A stretch of DNA of 64,000 nt from contig MU008166.1 of the NCBI GenBank assembly GCA_010909165.1, forward strand, positions 496,001 to 560,000. The letters are read 5' to 3'. The first letter of the stretch is position 1, and each line of letters starts with the position of its first letter. Both the position numbers and the translations under genes were made by a program. The notes beneath the pieces were generated by a model. That model was not told the origin of the DNA, made no database searches, and worked only from the letters and a program-made list of their open reading frames with translations. The stretch comes from Anthoceros angustus. Its lineage: Eukaryota > Plantae > Anthocerotophyta. This document shows, piece by piece, positions 11,752 through 22,199 of the stretch.

Positions 11752-12795
11752 TCAAGTAGAAAAAATTAAGGTTTTCATATTGTAGATTTCTATGCCATCA
11801 GCTATCGTGACTACAAGCATAGATCCATCCGAGGAGAGTGAAAGGGAATGGATTGCGCGATTAGCAGGCGGAGTTCTTCCAATAAGCTTTCCATTCTTGG
11901 AATCTAATATAAAAATTTCATTTGATCCACTTCCACCAGCAACAATCAAATTTTGAGATATCGCCTTTCCATATCGAGCAGCATATAACCTACATGGTTC
12001 TAAGTTTTCAAGCACTTGACTTTCAAGATCCAAATTTCGTATCAATTTACCACTTCCATAGTCCCATTCTTGAAGTTGTTCAGATGATCTCCATGAGCCA
12101 GTCAATATCTCGTTGTTGCTGCTATTGATGTCTAATGCTTGTCCCGACAACCGAGGACCAAAGATGCTCCTTACCGACTTTTCAACTCTGACATCCCAAA
12201 TTTGTATTGTGTTATCCCATCCACCACTAAGCAGTACTTGAGAATCAAGAGGATGCCACTTTACTGCAAATATTCTATTGGTATGGCCTGCAGTTGTCTC
12301 TCCATCACCCTCTTGAAGAAGATACAAAAATTGCCAAGTGGTTCCATCATAAACCCTTACTTTACAATCTTGTCCTGCTGTTGCATATTGTAGGCCAGAT
12401 AGTTGAAAATCAATGGTATAGATTTGATTAGCTTCTTTGATAGTACTAAGATGTTTTCCCGTGGTAGCATGCCACCGATGTATGTGTCCAGCAACATCAC
12501 ATGAAAATAGTACATTGGATGTAAGATCTACATTTGATGAAGGACGGAAATCTAAAGCCGTGCATGCCCATTTCCCATAGTCACCTGTTTTTCTTTGTAG
12601 GGAGAATGCAAGTCTTTTTTTGCCAGTCTCATAAACCTCAACCCCTCCTTTACTAGTTCCTACAGCTAACCAAACATCATCCACGGATAGTTTAGCACAA
12701 GTTGCTTCTCCTCCAATCATAGGAATCCGAATGCTTGGTATTGGTGAGTAAAGTTCTTGAACGGTTTGTTCAAAAATATCATTACCTTCATCCAT
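11752..12795 (-). CDS. Intronless WD40-repeat protein (347 aa)
   Basis: GHTNRIFAVKWHP...LLSGGWDNTIQIWD, ATAGQDCKVRVYD, ILTGSWR...LQEWD; single ATG-TGA ORF. Confidence 0.9.
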   Translation of the reverse strand: MDEGNDIFEQTVQELYSPIPSIRIPMIGGEATCAKLSVDDVWLAVGTSKGGVEVYETGKKRLAFSLQRKTGDYGKWACTALDFRPSSNVDLTSNVLFSCDVAGHIHRWHATTGKHLSTIKEANQIYTIDFQLSGLQYATAGQDCKVRVYDGTTWQFLYLLQEGDGETTAGHTNRIFAVKWHPLDSQVLLSGGWDNTIQIWDVRVEKSVRSIFGPRLSGQALDINSSNNEILTGSWRSSEQLQEWDYGSGKLIRNLDLESQVLENLEPCRLYAARYGKAISQNLIVAGGSGSNEIFILDSKNGKLIGRTPPANRAIHSLSLSSDGSMLVVTIADGIEIYNMKTLIFST

Positions 12796-12925
12796 TTGAA
12801 AACTCTACAACTCCTAAAAATTATCCTTTTATTGTATTATATGATTTTACAATCTAAAAGAATGTTTAGCTGTACATATTTATAATTATTGCGACAAGTT
12901 TTCATGGATGCTATTGTAAAAAGAT

Positions 12926-14359
12926 CTAAAAGACAGGAACTGCAGGCATCCAAGGGTCCGTTCCATGAACTCTTAGTCTGTAAATGCATGTATGAGTAGG
13001 GCTCCCGTAATTTGATAAGACATGCAACCTTACCATATTAATAAAGCCACTAGCTGACTCTTCTATTGACAAATCAAATGTTTGGATGGCATGTGCCATT
13101 AAATCATACCTAAATTCGCCTAGAAGTCTATGTTTTGTCAAACCCTTATTGTTTCCTTTCACTTCATGCCATCCAAAAATTTGGAAATCTTTTGGAGCAC
13201 TGGAAAGATCAAAAGCAATACTTCTTGCAACATGCTCTAAAGTAACTGCTTCAGCAAGAATAGGGGTTCTCAATGCAATATCTACCCAAACATTGCTTCC
13301 CTTTAAAGGAAGACATTGACCTGGTTCACCTAAACTGGGTTGTAGAACTTTACTAGCATATGGATGAAGGTTATGTTGAGCTGGAAATAAATTGAGAAAA
13401 GAGAATGACCATTGGCCTCTACGAAGGAAATATCCTTCAGAATGATCGACTACGTGACCACCTCCACTTTCAATAGCAAAGTCAATACGTGCTAATCCAT
13501 CCGCCCGATATTTTTCCAACTCGCTTTTGATAACCTTCCTAGCAATTATACTCAAGTCCTCAAAGCTAAGTGCACGGCCACCATTTTTCTCAACTCTATT
13601 CTCAATCTCTGATTGAATCATTTTAGACAATTCCGTCTTTGTTGGAATTCTACCTTCTTCTAGAAGTGTTTCCACAGAGGATCCCACTCTATCCATCCTC
13701 TGAAGATTATCTTGCAATTCATTTTCGACATACATTGCTTCTTTGGCTATCTTTTCTTCCAATTTATTTTTCAGGGTTGTTATCTCGGTTTCAATTTTGT
13801 TGTCAATTAGCTCTACCTGCACTTGCATCCACCTAGCTACTTTTTTTATTGATTCATCAGAAACTTCCAAATCTTCTAGAGATTGTAGTACATGTGAGGA
13901 GTATAACCACCTCCAACTCAAAGCTGTCATTCCAAAAAAGAGTCCTATCAAAAATAGGAAAAATGTTCGAGCAGGGGGTTGAGTTGAGAAATCCCATATT
14001 TTCCGTATTTGATTGCTCCTTTGAATCAGACAAGACTTCAAGGGTCTCATCTTCAATAAGTCCGTTTCTTTGTCATTCTTCTGTGGTTGTTGTGAGTCAA
14101 CCTTCTTGGAGGAATTTTTTCGTACATTTTGATGTGTGCAATGTAGTAAATCTACACATCCACAAAGCAAGCGATCTTTCTTTCGTTTAACACTTCCTCT
14201 TGTTTGCACATGGCTCAAGCCATTTTGACTTTCATTTTGGGAGCCTAAAGCTGCTTTGGTCACACTTCTTGTACGAACTCCGTGTTGCCGTATTTGCTTT
14301 TGATTTGGTGGAGGTGTTGATTTTTTCCTATGTACAGTAGATGTCACAGTAACGGACAT
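12926..14359 (-). CDS. SUN: Intronless C-terminal SUN-domain (Sad1/UNC-84) inner nuclear envelope protein
   Basis: Basic N-terminus, TM (FFLFLIGLFFGMTAL), coiled coil, then DFAIESGGG, PSLGEPGQCLPLKG, EAVTLEHVA, SSAPKDF, LSNYGSPTHTCIYRLRVHG. The first ATG is at 14359 (the ORF track starts at a TTG). Confidence 0.93.
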   Translation of the reverse strand: MSVTVTSTVHRKKSTPPPNQKQIRQHGVRTRSVTKAALGSQNESQNGLSHVQTRGSVKRKKDRLLCGCVDLLHCTHQNVRKNSSKKVDSQQPQKNDKETDLLKMRPLKSCLIQRSNQIRKIWDFSTQPPARTFFLFLIGLFFGMTALSWRWLYSSHVLQSLEDLEVSDESIKKVARWMQVQVELIDNKIETEITTLKNKLEEKIAKEAMYVENELQDNLQRMDRVGSSVETLLEEGRIPTKTELSKMIQSEIENRVEKNGGRALSFEDLSIIARKVIKSELEKYRADGLARIDFAIESGGGHVVDHSEGYFLRRGQWSFSFLNLFPAQHNLHPYASKVLQPSLGEPGQCLPLKGSNVWVDIALRTPILAEAVTLEHVARSIAFDLSSAPKDFQIFGWHEVKGNNKGLTKHRLLGEFRYDLMAHAIQTFDLSIEESASGFINMVRLHVLSNYGSPTHTCIYRLRVHGTDPWMPAVPVF

Positions 14360-14760
14360 GGTTTCCTTGTTTTGCAAATGCTATGAAGACATCTCCACTT
14401 GATACTATATTTCTCCATTGACATCTAGAGAATTGTAGACTTTTAGATTTTTATAATATTTATGAAATATATATTAAAATATAATTTATATTTTCTGTCT
14501 CTCTATAAAATACCAAAAAGGTTTAAAACCTTTGACAACCTAGGTTCCTACTCGTAAATAAACGTTTCTAAACTAATCTTCTCTACCTACATATATTACA
14601 AGCACTACAATGATATATATCTAAGCAACTTTGTTTGTATTTGTGTATGATAATTTACAATTGGGCAGGTGAGATCAAGACTTAGCTATGAACATGTCAG
14701 TCCACCTTCTCCCCACACATTTGAAATGTATTTGGTAGGGTTCAAAACAGGTTATAGGCG

Positions 14761-14985
14761 TGTATGTGTCCAAATGCCTTAGGCCAAATGGACACACATT
14801 TATAAGAACGCCGTGATTAAGCATCCTGAGCTTAGATCAATACTTAGATGGGGTGCCTAAAGAGAGTGGATGCCCTTAGTGCAAGTAGCTTAGGCACACC
14901 ATGGTACAAGTTGTTAAGTACCAAGTCCCATGACGGAAATCCGTCCTTAGTGGACTTAAATAAAATTCTTCTTCTTGCTTCTTCT
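14761..14985 (+). mobile_element. Structured ~225-bp dispersed repeat (SINE-like), copy B, full length
   Basis: Similar to 20611-20862 and to the reverse complements of 36021-36200 and 36809-36986. Starts with a TGTGTCCA..TGGACACA hairpin and ends in AATAAAATT(CTT)n. Confidence 0.85.
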
Positions 14986-15591
14986 CATAGTAAAAGTTTT
15001 CCCGTTTTGTCCTTGTTTTAAAATTTAATTTATGTCACATTTCTATGTCTTGAAGGTTTCCATGGTTAGATTGTTTCTCAATCCTCCATAGTGAAGTCAA
15101 AACTAGAGTGCCCAATCCAATATTCCAATATCCTATGAGTGTCCAGTCCATAATCCACAATGATGTCGTCTATTTATCTCTTGACTTTTCAACACCAAAA
15201 ATATATGATAAGTATATCCAAGTGAGCTTAGATAATTGCGTATCACATCAGAGGAATATTTTTGTCTTTTGATCATAAGGCATATATTTCATAATACCAT
15301 GTATTCAAGTTTTAATCAGAAAATGATGAGTTGAGATATTATAAGATTTAATTATAATACCTCTAAAATGAGTGAATATAAATATTTATTTTTAAGTAAA
15401 ATAATTTTTTATAATAAATAATAATTAAGTTGAAATCAATATCATGTTTCTAAGAGAGTGAGGAATTTATAATATGCAATGAATGGGAGTTCGAGATATT
15501 GACTACCACCTACATATGTCCATACGTGAAAATGAGTGAGACAGGGATTTATCATTACACGAAGGAGAGTCAGTGTTGCTTTGAGCGTTTG

Positions 15592-15645
15592 CCCGAGCCC
15601 GAGCCCGAACCTGAACCCGAGCCCGAGCCCGAGCCCGAGCCCGAG
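15592..15645. repeat. (CCCGAG)n hexamer microsatellite upstream of the DENND6-like gene
   Basis: About 9 CCCGAG/CCCGAA/CCTGAA units. Confidence 0.85.
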
Positions 15646-16128
15646 AGTGGTAAAAATCCGTGTGGTGAAAGGTGAAAATGATGCCAGAAATGGTACATTT
15701 TCAAAGCGTGGAGAGGATATAGGCGTACAGAACATAAGCGCACCCACCCTAGGTGAAGCCTGTGATTCATACTGGGGTAGGACATGCTTGCTGACAGGCA
15801 TGACAAAAATTTGTGCATCTGCGGCTGCTCGCTGGGTCTCGGCGGACGGAAATTCGAGGGTGCGGATGGTGTGGTGGATCTGAAAGCCTGGCCTCTGGGC
15901 GGGGGAATGGCCCGGCAGCCGAGGACGTGGAGCGCTCTGTGCAGCTGCAAGTGAGGCGGGCAATGCAATGTGCGAGGACGTGCGGATGCGGGAATCGGGA
16001 AATGCCGTACAGCAGGAGCAGAATCGGCGGCGGAATCAGGAGCGGGAGAGGACTCGGAGAGTGGTGAGGAGAATGTCGTAATTTGGAGCGAGCTGGATGG
16101 AGCAAGAAGCAGGGAGGCGGGACGTACA

Positions 16129-19096
16129 ATGAGTCGAAGTGTGTCTCTGGTGGTGGCAAAGCCAGATGCGGGCGCCAGGGCGGACACCGCATTGTTCCGG
16201 CGATGGCTGGTGGCGGTGTGTGCCATCCGGTTCGATTTGGAGCAGGGGCAGGTGGTGGAGGAGTGTTACCCGCCGGGGGCCCTCAGCTCGGAGGAGGAGC
16301 TGGATGTGGCCTTCAGCGCGTTTCCGGACTCCATGTCCCAGGCCAACACCAGGGCCAGCATCCATGACTGCGTGTTCTTCTTCCGCATCCGCAGGCGGGG
16401 GACGGCGCAAGGGCAGGCGGGGGCGAGCTTGGGTGTGAGGCGGACCGGGAGCGCGCCGAGCCCGCTCCCGGCGCCGGTGCCGGATCGGAGGGGCGGGGAG
16501 TCGCCGGAGGTGGTTGGGAGTGTGGCGGGGAATGCTCCGCCGGGGGCGTGCGGCACGGCCGATCTGCGTCTGCGCATGATAGTTCGGAGGATTCTTGGGG
16601 GCATAGGGTTGGTGAGGATTTGTTCGTTGGATTTGCGAGGAGGCTGTCTCCGGGGGCTAGGGTTGAGAGTAGGACGAAAGGCTCGTCCCCGTCCCGGTCC
16701 TTGCCGTCTTTGGTGCGGCCGAATTCAGCTGAGGTTTTGATTCCCAGGAGAGCTTCCAGTGGTGATGTAACGAGGCTGTCGGGGGACGAGGACGGGGGTG
16801 TAGGTTTTCTAGGGTCGGGGTTGTTTCCTCCCACTCCTCCCTCCAAGCCTAGGGTGAGGGAGGGCGAGGTTGCGGCTGCTGAGGTTGGACACGGAAAGGG
16901 TTCGGATGAAGGCGGCGTGGGGAAGGAGAAGGGGAATGGTTCCTTTGGGGGTGGTCGGGGAGGTCCTGGGAGCGGGGGTCCTAGGTATTTGTACGGGTTT
17001 GTGTTCAACAGGCAGCGTCAGGATGAGAGGTTGAAGAGAGGTGGGGAGCAGAAGTCGGTGGTTGTGTTATCGGAACGGCCTTATTTATGTGTTTTCAAGC
17101 CCCTGGTGCAGATTGTGGGGCCTTTGTATTTTGACACTGGTGCACAGGCTTTGGAGAAGATTGCTTCTTATGTGTCGCAATGGCCGGCCCCTGTGCATGG
17201 AGGGCAGATGGAGTTGTCAGTGGGGAATGTGGTGATAAAGTCTCATCTACCTCCGGCCCATACTCTGCCTCCTGGGTCTGGAGGCCAGATGGATGACTTT
17301 ACTTCGGCAATGGCACCAGTTGCCCCCTTGACCAAGTCCATCCCTCAGGGAATCTTCCACGAGTCTGACCTGTTTGGCATGTTTAGGGGCATTTTGATGC
17401 AGCTTTGGGTGCTGTGGGAACTGCTCTTGGTGGGAGAACCTCTGCTGGTAATTGCACCAACGCCATCTCAATGTTGCGAGGCTCTTGCATCCCTTGTAGG
17501 TCTAGTAGCTCCTCTCCCTTGCAGTGTGGACTTCCGTCCCTACTTCACCATTCATGACCCTGATTTTTCCCTCCTCAATGCCTTGAAAGAAGGAGATCAA
17601 CCTCCTCCTATGTTGCTAGGTGTCACAAACCTATTTTTCCTGAAAGCTTTGAAGAACCTGCCTCATGTCGTGTCAGTGGGTGTTGCTCCTGGCCCTGCAA
17701 GTCGGGTGAAGGCTGTCACCAGGTCAAGCTCGCAGAATGGAATCAAGAACACGGTCACCCGGACCCAGCTGCAATTGCAGCTCTCGCCTCTGAAGAGGTT
17801 TTCTCCCATTAATCTCCTCAAGAATGCCCGTACTAGGAAAGATGGACCTCTGTCCCTCATGACTGAACACAAGGAAACTCTGTGGACCAACTATGTGGCA
17901 GCCACCAAGCCGGACACTTCAGTTCTCAACCGCCTGGTTGATGCAGGCATGAATTCCAGAGCTGAGGAATCAATGGCGGTTGTGAACAATGAGATACTGC
18001 GCCGGCACTTTTTGGAGTTGACAACCAACTTCTTGGCTCCTTTTGGTCCTTATTTGAGAGGGAAAACTCCTCAGGAAGGGACATCCCCTTTTGCTGATCC
18101 TCCACCACTTCCTCCTTTTGATGCGCATGAGTTCATTGAAGGACTTGCTGCAAGGGGTCCTGGGAAGTTCCTTTCCAAGCGTCTACGAAATAACTGGCTT
18201 GATCTGTACAGGTACGTGGTGAAGTGCCTTGATGCTCTCTGTCTTAATGGCCTGTATACAGTTTGCAGCATTCCGGAGGTGTTTCACAGCACAATGAAGT
18301 TGATGGGGATGCATCATATTCGCATTGGTGAAAGGGAGTGGGCATGAGCTACTTTAGGGACGTGGGATTGTCAAGTGGTTTTGTCCTATTCTAAGTACCA
18401 GCAAATCTGCGTTTGCAGGCGTTTCTTGAAGGGGCCCAACTTCATGCCATGGTTTCAAAGACGACGTGCTGTGGCTGAGCAGGAACAGCTAAGGACATGG
18501 AAGCTAGCTCGCACCACAGCTGATATCAATGCCTATTTGTCAAGAATGAGTGAAGTGGAGATTGTGGATGCGTTTTCATCTGTAGAGCGGCACCTGACTC
18601 AAGAGATACAGGTTTGCCTCCTGGCCTGGTCAATGAGTTTGCATGTGTGCAACATACCCGAAATCCTCAAAAATCACATTCTCTTCAGCTCAGTATGATG
18701 TGATAAGATTTCCTCCCTATCTGTCAGCAGGTGGGTGCCTCGGCTCCCCCTCCAGTGTCTGAGCCCTGAGTCATCACCGTGGTGGTTGTGCAGGTTCTCC
18801 AGCGGGGTGGGAATGGGACAGCAGATAATCCAGTCTGCCTGAAACTAAGGAGTGATCTGCGTGCCATTTTTAACATGCTGCAACCGGATACACAACACTC
18901 GTTGCTATTCAATCCACAGCGGGCTGCTCTGCTGTCGGGGGTTCGGGAGATGACAAGACTGCCGGGCAGACCTTCTTTCCACTTGGCAAGGGGGCCTACG
19001 TCTCCCTCTCCCCCTGTAAATTCAAGATCTCAGGTACCTGGTTCTGGGATCCCTGATGACCCTTCAGGTTCAGCTGATGTGGAACGGACGGCATAA
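16129..19096 (+). CDS. DENND6: DENND6/Avl9-like Rab GEF (DENN-related); apparent 1-nt frameshift near 16545
   Basis: WLVAVCAIRFDLEQGQVVEECYP...AFPDS in frame 1; YLYGFVFNRQRQDERLKRGGEQKSVV, LWELLLVGEPLLV, DFRPYFTIHD, LGVTNLFF and LRRHFLELTTNFLAPF in a second frame. Exons approximately 16129-18211, 18419-18611, 18794-19096. Confidence 0.9.
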
Positions 19097-20610
19097 TTTG
19101 CAAAATTCCTCTTCCCGAGACTGCCACCGGCCACCGACTAGCGCTGTGCCAAATCACAGCAGGCGGCCCTTTTGTATCGGGATGACCATCTCAACGACCA
19201 AGACTGGCAGAGGAGGCGGGCACTTCAGGACAGGGCTTGCAAGAACGCCCGCGGAGAGACCACCTACAAAGTCGCCCTCAGCAGTTAAGTTATCGGCTGG
19301 CAAGCATTGCCACCCTCCAGCTTTCCTAGATGTCAGGGCTGTATGTGTTGGCTCAATTCTCCAAGCCAGATTCGATGTAAAGACCGTCAATCTCAGCAGC
19401 CTCCTTCCAGGCCAGCATAGTCAACTTCTCGGGCTCTGATACAACGTCTCTATAAGCTAAGCCTCGTGGATCCACCAAGACTTGCACTGTCTCCGCAGAG
19501 GATGCGGATCCCCAACAGTGGGTCCAGCCTTGCCTCCAGTGAGCTCTGTCCATGTGCAATGGCCTCAGCACGCAGGCTCTGGGAGACTGGGACCGAGGCC
19601 AACACCCATGCCGCTGGTGGGCGGGGCCCATTACGCAGGAAGCCCAAGGAAGCTGAAAATGAGCAGGGTTTTCCAAGCATGAGAGCACGACCCAGCAGCC
19701 TACCTTCCATAACCTTGCCTCCATCAGTCTTCCCTGGGCTTTCCAGCATGTCTCGAGCTCGAGTCGAGCTCCACTTCTCCAGAAGCTAGTCACAAGGAGG
19801 GCAGGGCAACATGGATAGATTCTCAAACCAGGCCCTTGCCAGTCAGGCCTGCGCTGGTGACAGGTAGATAGTCCAGTAGGCCCAGGTACAACCGGATAGC
19901 GCCAGCCATCTGCAAACAGGATACATTCAGATCTGTAGTTCTAGGCCGACCACCTCTCTGTCTACAACAGGTACACATTCTTACCTCGCTTACAGTGTTC
20001 ACATGCCTCCCAACGGCCCAATAGGAGGAGCCAAAAGTAAAGCCGTTGCTTGTGCGCCCCGTGCACCATGCGGTATACTGCCCTAACATGCATCTGTCTG
20101 TACCTGCCTTGCCCCGTCGGGGAGGCAGCTCATTGCACACGCCCAAGCATGGGTGGTGGAATCATCGTAGACCGAATCCTCCTCCGCCCCTTCCCCCTCT
20201 TCTTTCTGCCATGGCAGCATGGCATGAACAAGGAGAGCGCGGCCCCACAGCCAAATACAGCGCGCACAGCGGGGGACACTTGGCACGCTGTAACGTCGTC
20301 CAAGTCTCCCGCCGTCGTGTGGCTCGATGTGCCCCTGCTTTTCTTCTTTCCCCCTGCACGCTGCAGGCTTGCCCCTCTGTTTTAAAATCCGGCCAGTCCT
20401 TTCCACCCCCTACTGCTCTCCGCATCAGTGGAAAGCGGACGCGCTAACCGCGACACGCAACTGTGCCTTTTCACGGTCTCTCACCTTTCATTTCACATTT
20501 TTTAATATTTTTCTTTTTTATTCTATCACTTTGTTTATATTTTTCGCCGTGCAGGTTATTTAAAAGGATAGTCCTAGGGTTCCTCCCTGAAGGGAAACCT
20601 ACAAGCTCTT

Positions 20611-20862
20611 CAAATGTCCACATGGCTTAGGCCAAATGGACACACATTTATAAGAATCCTGTTAAGCATCTTATTAAGCATCCTGTTCTTGGATCGGTAC
20701 TTAGATGGGGTGCCTAAAGGGAATGGATACCCTTGGTGCAAGTCCCTTAAGCACACCATGGTACAAGTTGTCAAGTACCAAGTCCCATGAGGGAAATCCG
20801 TCATTAGTGGACTTAAATAAAATTCTTCTTCTTCTTCCTAAATAAAATTCTTCTTCTTCTTC
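20611..20862 (+). mobile_element. Structured dispersed repeat, copy C, with a duplicated 3' tail
   Basis: Colinear with copy B; the tail taaataaaattcttcttcttcttcc occurs twice in tandem. Confidence 0.85.
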
Positions 20863-20883
20863 CTTTAGGAGAACTTTTTAATA

Positions 20884-21484
20884 TCGTACCCCCAGGGTGG
20901 TTCAACAGCGTAATGCCGACATAATTATTTTTTTCAAAAAATAAGGTTCAACATGAATATTTATATTTTTCAAATTAAACATGCCCTAATTTTCCACACA
21001 AACCCTAGTTTCTCAAACAACCTCAGCAGCCTCCCGGGTTTGCTACCTCATCCGTCAGACCTGTGCCTAACCTTCAGGTCTCCGCCCATCGCCTCCTAAG
21101 ATCGGTGAGCTCTCACGAAAACTCACCGGAAGCTATGCAGCCGCCTCAATCGCACACGCCTCAAGCTGCCTCTGCGGCCTCACCGCTTGCGCCAGTGCAG
21201 CGCCCGCCCTCCGCAAAGACGCCTGGATGGGCTCATAGCTATCCGAGCGAGTGATGAGGAGGCCTAATGGAGATCAAGATCCGTGCGTTCTCAGGCGATC
21301 CCGATCTCAATCAGGCCTACTCGATCTCCCAAACCCTGCCAGCCTGCTCCTTATCTTTTCCTTGTTTTTGACATCTTAAACTCGTAAATTTTTACACATT
21401 CGACGTTTGAAGTATAGTATTTTCTAGATTTTTAACTTTTACTAATTTTAATTCATTAACACCGAATCATCCCTCAGGGTACGG
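20884..21484. mobile_element. Putative Tc1/mariner (pogo-like) MITE, ~600 bp
   Basis: Left end TA|tcgtacccccagggtggttc and right end gaatcatccctcagggtacgg|TA form imperfect TIRs flanked by TA. The core is GC-rich and non-coding. Confidence 0.6.
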
Positions 21485-22199
21485 TATGCAAGACAGCTGC
21501 CCTTATTCTTGGGAATTGCTTAGAGTGCTTGGATTGATCACCCAATAGGGAACGACCTTTGATCACCCAATAGGGAACAACCTTATTTCAGATAACCTTG
21601 TAGCGTAGCAAATTCCACAAGCACCTTCTAGTAGGCACTCCTCAATAGCCCATGCATAAGCCCCAATGCTCAAGAGAACTCTCATAGGAAGTCCCCCATC
21701 CTAGTACTCTTCAACCAAGTGACAACCATGCATGAAGCCCCATGCAGCGAATGGGTAAGAAAAACCCAAAGCAATTCTGTTATCCCAATATTCCTCCAAC
21801 AAGCAACCCTTTGATTGTGGAGTTCCTCCCATCCCAATACTTTACTATCAGGTGGCGCTTTATTTTAAAGTAAATCCTACTACTCCTTTTCTATAGTGCA
21901 AACCAAGGTATGATTAAAATAACTGCGACGTATATTGACAAGACCGGTGTTGAAAATGTGTAACAAAACTATCACTCCATACATTGTTGGTGATAGTGCA
22001 TACCTTGTAATGCCTTTCTAGTGAAGACATTCCATGTAGAAAGAGGTGATATTGGAAAAGCCAAGCAGATGATGGAGGAGGTGATGAATCAATATTTTCA
22101 ACCATTTATTAGGACCCAAGGTAATAGAAGGGCACCAAGCTTGAGAGCAATTGTGGCTGGGTAAGAATCCCCCCAACAACTTCTACCAAACCCAAGAGT

